DNA from: Chrysomallon squamiferum | Lineage: Eukaryota; Animalia; Mollusca | NCBI GenBank assembly: GCA_012295275.1 | Contig: CM022674.1 | Span: 16,926,001 to 16,990,000 of the forward strand | Reading direction: 5' to 3' | DNA length: 64,000 bases | Shown: positions 52,625 to 64,000 of the stretch, piece after piece | Position numbering within the stretch: the first letter of the stretch is position 1 | Layout of the letters: each line of letters starts with the position of its first letter | Position numbers and translations under genes: made by a program | The notes under the pieces: generated by a model | What the model was told of the DNA's origin: nothing | Databases searched by the model: none | Seen by the model: only the letters and a program-made list of their open reading frames with translations

Positions 52625-55600
52625 CTGAAATAATAACAGGCTACATATGATCTCTGAGTAAGAATATAACGATTTGTTTAATTAAAAAAAGAAACACACA
52701 CACACACACATACACAGATATTTGGTAGTAAACGTAAAGTTGAGTAAAATAAAGATTTCGCTCTATCTCTAGTTTTCCTATAAATCGGCAACCAATATTT
52801 CTAATATTAATGTATTCAAAGATTCAAATCTATAAAGATACACTAATTCACTGACTTATAGGTTTTGAGATAATAATTCAGCCTGAAGTTTTTTTGTTTT
52901 TTTTTTGAGAAATATTTAATTTTTCCACAACTGGAGACCTATCTATGTCTAAGTTATCTTATTCAAGTACGTACGTTTTATTCATTTTATTTATTTATTT
53001 TTTATTTTTTCAAAATTTTTCCTTCAGGGAATCAGTAACCAAGACAGAAATTACTGATAATGTTGATGTTTTTTTTTATTTTTTTATTTTTTTGTTCTTG
53101 TACAAATAACAATCTGTCGTTGTTGTTTTTTTTAACTTTTTATAAATACTTTACATTTGTTACAATCGTTATGGTAAATACGATGACATAGTTCCAATTT
53201 GTTTTAGCATTAATAAAAGAGATTGTAAAATACGTCATAAGTTCTGATATACAGGCGTCTTGTTACTATAGCTCTATTCGAAAATAATAAGTTTAAAGAT
53301 AGAAAAAGTAATAAGTGTCAGAGGCTGCCAGTCCTATCCCTTTCAAAAGCTCATGTGAAGAAACTGATTTTGTGATAACAGACCAAACAACACGTAATGT
53401 TGATGCCAACGGTACTGTCGATGAAAATCAGAACTCTGGTCATTCATCTTTACTTTTTTCTGTAATGTACCATTCGTGCTTAACAGAGTTCCACTAGACA
53501 ATGGTCTGAATATCAGAATGCTAGATGTCACACAAAAATGTATCAGTAACATCAAACGTAAAAGAAAGAGCTATTCACAGCATCATCAAGGCGATAAACC
53601 AACATTCTGACATATAAAGACTGGAATAAGTCATTCGAAACTCATGCTTACGTTTCTGCTAAATATACCAACTCTGCTAGTTTAAAGGATGAACAATCCA
53701 ATCGAGTGACACTGACAAGACTCACTGCTGTGTATCATCTTGATTATGTTTCCTCATTAATTGAAAAATTCGAACACGGCACGAAACAGTTAGCCTGCAT
53801 TATGTGACATATTCCATATCCTGATTTGATCAGGATACTAGATAGTTACTAATTTTCGTTTACTTTAGTATTATATGCTACTGATCCAATTTCGAGAACT
53901 TTCAGATTACATACAAACTGAGACAAGAAAGAAGCCAATGGATGTTCATAAGCTGTTGTTTAAATTCATATCCTTATAAACATTTCAATAAGCTAGATAA
54001 GATAATGTATCTGTGAAGTCATTTATCGAAACTGATACAGAGATGCTAATGCATATTCGTGCGTTATCCTTTGAATCAGTGTCAAGAGAAAAACAAAAAT
54101 GACGTATCATAATATCTGCTAGGCCATCAATATCACAAATGAAGAGCATCTACGGTTCATGCCACGATGCTTGGGATGGTTATTTGAAGGATTCAGTCAC
54201 AAAATGGAAATATCCAGTGAGAAAGTGGAAAAATACAGTGTCAGTTCTAACACAGATCAGTGTACATAAAAGTAAGTTAGGCGAGCGACTCTTCACTTTC
54301 AGTCTCTAAGTCCAGTAACATGTTCTGACTGAAGTAAGACTGTAGAGAACATTCAGTCAACATTTAATATGATAATTTTTTGATAACACTAATTTCAGAG
54401 TTTTTTTATCAGGCTAGCCTTCTTCAATAACTTGACCAAGAACTATCGAAATAAATTAAGACCCACAAAAATCTATACAGAAATTCAAATGAAATAACGA
54501 ATAAAATATTGTTATCTATAAAATATGGAAACGCGCTTATTTTCGTCAGCAGTATATTGAATGTTATGTCTGCACAAAAGCAGATTTAGTTTATATATAT
54601 ATGTATATAAATCTTCAAACTGAGACATATCAACAGAAAAAAAAAGAATAAATAAAAAAATAAAAATTAGTTACATCCTTTGTTTATCGCAGCATAAAAA
54701 AGATAATACAAGGATTTTGTAACCGGTCGGCTAACTAAAACCAACTGTGCACATTGTATCATAATTTTCAGGTATCACAGTTTCACAGTTGAAAGGGTGC
54801 ACACTCAGATACCGAACATACTGAAAATATAGCGATTGTTTGTGTATCCTAAACAGGGACTGACGACAAATACAAATGTGTTATTATATATCGCGGGAAA
54901 ATAGTTAACAAAAGTAAAGACACACATATATAAAATACGTTAAGATGTATGTTCTATTCGTCTTTGCTAAACAGATAATAATAGCGTATACTTGTGAAAC
55001 ACGGACTGATGCCAACCTTAAATATTTTGTCATATTGGCAGGGGAAAATACTGTGTTTCTCACTTTGCGGTTCAATATATACAACCATTGTAGATTAATG
55101 TCAATTATGTTGCAGCTTTTTTTTCTTATTTTATGTTATAACTTTATAAAGCTCTTTTCGTTTTCTGTCTATAACAATGAACATGTAATGGTACTGAAAC
55201 GATACTGGCGTTACCTGTATAGCAAGTTAATGTGTGCTTTTTGTGTAGGGCAGATAAAATTATTCTCTCACTGTTAAATAAGATACACTGAAGTATACCC
55301 GGGTGTTACTTACGCTTGTTACCAGATCATGAAGTAGGTGGTATTCGACTTTTAGCGGGCTACTTCGTCTGGTACAGACTGATCCTCTAGTAAACATTAT
55401 CGACACATAAAAATAGTAAATGGAAATCTTTTGATAGCAAATGTTACTATTAAATAAAGAACACTGTTGTATGGGAAGAACACAAATTAATAAAACATAA
55501 AAATATAAGTAAAAAAATAAATCAACCACTAATAATAATAATAAGATTAATAATAATAATAATAATAAAATGGTTTATCACTGCTTTAAGAATCAATAAG

Positions 55601-55900
55601 AAGCACTTTGAAATCGGACCTGCACTATTACCATTTGTATGCACATGTATTAGTAAAACACAATTTAGACAACAGTCAAACTCTTCATATTGACTTATTC
55701 TCATATAAAAGAGAAATTCATCACACACGGATAACACATCAATTAAAATAACAGACACAACAGTCTGATTCACATAAAGCTTCAGATTTTCATTTTTATT
55801 TTATTATTTGTTTCTTACATCTCCTAGATTGGTCACTCTTAGTCTGTTCACTAAATGTCTTGTTATTATTAAGTTTACTAATTTTTATGTCTCTGCTTAC

Positions 55901-57884
<1,984 letters not shown>

Positions 57885-58118
57885 CTAATATATATATATA
57901 TATATAATTTTGATATTTCATTCTAATTTCTATATGCTATATTTAGAGAACCATAAAAATATTGGATTTCTTCATTACAGACAAACATGCAATGGTGGTC
58001 ATCTGTTGGTTGAAATTACCTTCTGAAGGAAGACTGGTGTTTAAAATTATTAAACAGTACGATTATTATTATAATTTTAAATTACTAAACAATAATAATA
58101 ATAATAATAATAATATTA

Positions 58119-58149
<31 letters not shown>

Positions 58150-58512
58150 ATTTTTGATCTTTCTGATGTATATTTTCAGTAACTCTCCATGTTTACTTCT
58201 ACTTGAGAAAATCGATTTAGTAAGATGGATTAATACTCTTGTAACTATATTTCTTCTGAAAACTTCGTTCAAGCTGCTTCATTCCCCTCCGATTTTATTT
58301 TCCTATCTGTATGCAAGTCAACAAGAATAATCTGTACAGTTTCACTAATGAGTTTCCTCTGTTTTATAGAAATATAAGGAATGTAGTACTACCTATAATA
58401 ATAATATTATTGCTTGTTGCGGCATATTATTATTATTATTATTATTGTTGTTGTTATTTTTGTTATGGGTGTTGTTGTTTTTTTCGTTGATATTGTTTCA
58501 CTATTACTGCAG

Positions 58513-61125
<2,613 letters not shown>

Positions 61126-61981
61126 GTGATTTGATTTGACTTTTGTTTAGTGACATTAGAACAAAATTAACTATATTTAGCTACTAGCTACCTCTAAACC
61201 TACTTTACTCTTACTACAATTACTACTTCCAAAAAAAGTAATAAAATGTACATAGTCGGTACCTCTAAACCTACTATACTATTATACAATTACTACTACT
61301 AAAAAAATAATAAGATGTACATACTAGATCCCACACGATATACGCTTACAAATAGATACTAGTACAATAAAAGAACAGTACGAACAACAAAAGCAACAAC
61401 ATGACTCAGTAACAAATAAACAGAGCAACTATATAAAAACACACTCCATTCAGCAACAAAAACCGACAAAGATACAGCAACAAAAAGAAAGATAACAAAC
61501 ATTTCGCCCTAAGCCAATCGCTGAAGCAAGACAGAACAAGTCATATTTCAAATGATCATTTCCCTGATGACTGTTATACGAATACACAGTTCTATTCGCC
61601 TTCTATTTCTTTCAGATGAATTGAAAGAATCAGTACGAATTACACAAAAATATCCATAATCATTACATTATTAATTAAATTATCCAAATACAGTGCAGCA
61701 TCAAATATGTGTTCACGGAATTTGATTACCGTTCTGTTTGGCTTGTATATTTTTCAGCTGAACCGAGAGAAGCTGTAGGAATTATTAGAAAAGGTTTTAT
61801 TTAACAAAGGACTGAAAACAGAAGCTTGTGTCAAACGTTTAATATATTTGAAGAGTTCAGTTTGGTAGTGACAGTGTCTTGGAAACATTAGTAGAAGAAA
61901 TTACTAGTTTATTTGGCTCTCTCAAATAACGATTAAATTCTCTTTATGTAATTAGATTGATTTAGTTCTGAAAAGAGATAC

Positions 61982-62762
61982 ATGCATTTCAACATTGCTA
62001 CCATTTATAAAATGGAGATAATAAAAAAGATCCACGGGATAATATTCTGTGTTTTAGCAATTCTGATAATCGTTGTTTCTTTAGCCAATTCCGAGCTTGG
62101 AAGTCGTAAGACTTTTCGAAAGTTACCACAGTACAACGATAAGAAACCTACAGAAGATCCTTCAAAAGAATTGAACGTGTCCAGTAAACTCCACTGCGTC
62201 ACAGAATGTTCCAGCTACGTCGGCTGTAAAGGATTCATCTATAACAACGGCAACGGCATGTGTTCTCTGTACAGTGAAAACTTTAATTCTCTTTCGTTTG
62301 TTAGCGAGGCAGAAACAGAATCACATGGTATGATATATTCGGTTTAGAAATAATTAATGTTATTGTTAAAGAAAGTGTTTCGATTAACTGTGTAGAGATA
62401 AATAATATTAATATTGTCACACTAAGTGTTCCCTATCATTGTGTAGATATTATTATTATTTCTACAGAAAGTGTTCCCTCTAGTTGTGTAGAGACATTTA
62501 ATTTCATTGCTGTCACAAAAAGTGTTCACTGTGACTGTGTAGAGATAAATAAAGTTATTATTATTTCAGAAAGTGTTCCATCTGACTGTGTAGAGATAAT
62601 TATGAATGGAGGTAAAACAAGCGGAGAGTATACAATTGTACCACGTGACAACAGCAGCCCAATCAGGGCGTACTGCGAAATATCTGATAATGATAGCGGT
62701 TGGCTTGTAAGTTTGAGCGATACTTTTATTCATTCTTCTATTGTTTTCATTTCATATATTAT

Positions 62763-62845
<83 letters not shown>

Positions 62846-63178
62846 ATATATATATATATTATTATTGTTTATTGATCTTTTTTTGTTACTCTCAATAAGC
62901 AGACATGGGACCTAGTATTTCTGTTCTTCTTTTGATGTTCAGATTTTTCAGAGACGGACGGACGGATCAGAAGATTTCTACAGAACGTGGCAAGAATACA
63001 GAGACGGATTTGGTTCATTAACTAATGAATTCTGGTTAGGTAAGAAATTAATAATAAATACTTAAAATATAAATACAAAAAGCAATAGATTAAGGGAGTA
63101 ATTTCAAAAATATAATGTATCAAAGGTGTGTGTGTATGTATGTGTGTATGTGTCTGCGTATGTTTGTGAATGAGTAAG

Positions 63179-63211
<33 letters not shown>

Positions 63212-63522
63212 AACAACAACAACAGAAAAAGAACAATTTTATTAAAAACAGTGAATCCACATAAAAGTGTGAAAAAAAGAAACAATGAAAAATATCGATA
63301 TATGCTTATTCATTGAACCATAGATTTATCGAGTATCTGTCTCATTTATCTTGCCAGGCAATGAGAACATACATCGGTTGACCAGACAGGGTTACTACGA
63401 TCTGAAAATTGACTTGGAAGATTTTGAAGGAAACACGAAATTTGCTGTCTACAAAAATTTCTCAATAACTGGAGAAGATGATTTTTATCGCTTATCAGTG
63501 GAAAAATACAGAGGAAATGCAG
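61982..63522 (+). CDS. secreted PAN/apple + fibrinogen C-terminal domain (FReD) protein, 3' end beyond the window
   Basis: Exon 61982 (or 62012)-62327: signal peptide [18 protein letters not shown] and PAN motif [30 protein letters not shown]. Exons 62570-62706 (PSDC...SGEYTI...AYCE...GWL), 62943-63039 ([24 protein letters not shown]...EFWL) and 63358-63522 (GNENIHRLT...[10 protein letters not shown]...[12 protein letters not shown]). All phases are compatible and there are no stops. Confidence 0.93.
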
Positions 63523-63679
63523 GTAATTTAAATACATTTTTGTTGTATTTTTCAACTGATATCAGGTAAATAATAACAAATAAATGCAGTTAAGTAATAC
63601 GTTTATTAATATTATAGTAAAATTCATATATAATCAATGAGTGTACATCGACAGATAATATATTTGTTTATGTAGAAAA

Positions 63680-63722
<43 letters not shown>

Positions 63723-63725
63723 AAA

Positions 63726-63800
<75 letters not shown>

Positions 63801-63837
63801 CACACAAACATATATAGACACGCACAAAAACACAGTA

Positions 63838-63910
<73 letters not shown>

Positions 63911-64000
63911 ACAATATATTTTTATGGGTAGAAAAAAACATTATTAAAGATAAAATAAAATAATATATTTATAAAGATATAAAACAATATCTATCTATCT

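Overview
AT-rich, microsatellite-dense eukaryotic DNA with spliced genes and two 200-N assembly gaps. The gene repertoire suggests an invertebrate, probably a mollusc (inference). Most ORF-track entries are simple-repeat artefacts, so genes were reconstructed by eye from GT-AG exons. The window is a patchwork of duplicated and mostly disabled immune or cell-surface gene segments: (1) the 3' end of a TM receptor with a tyrosine-motif tail; (2) a PAN + YWTD-like beta-propeller gene, partly duplicated about 50 kb away; (3) an inverted pair of an unusual receptor kinase with a mannose-6-phosphate-receptor-homology-like ectodomain, TM helix and TKL/TK-like kinase; (4) an Ig-superfamily receptor; (5) a ZNFX1-like relic; (6) a PCSK7 fragment; (7) a tandem SRCR array; (8) an apparently intact PAN + fibrinogen-domain gene running off the right edge. 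Mobile or repetitive DNA includes a Gypsy gag relic, a YqaJ-type nuclease relic, SINE pieces and several minisatellites. The most striking non-coding object is a foldback-like palindrome present twice in opposite orientation, made of two outward-facing tRNA-like (A/B-box) modules around an AT-rich core, each running into a 27-30 bp minisatellite arm. All family assignments come from motif recognition; no database search was run.
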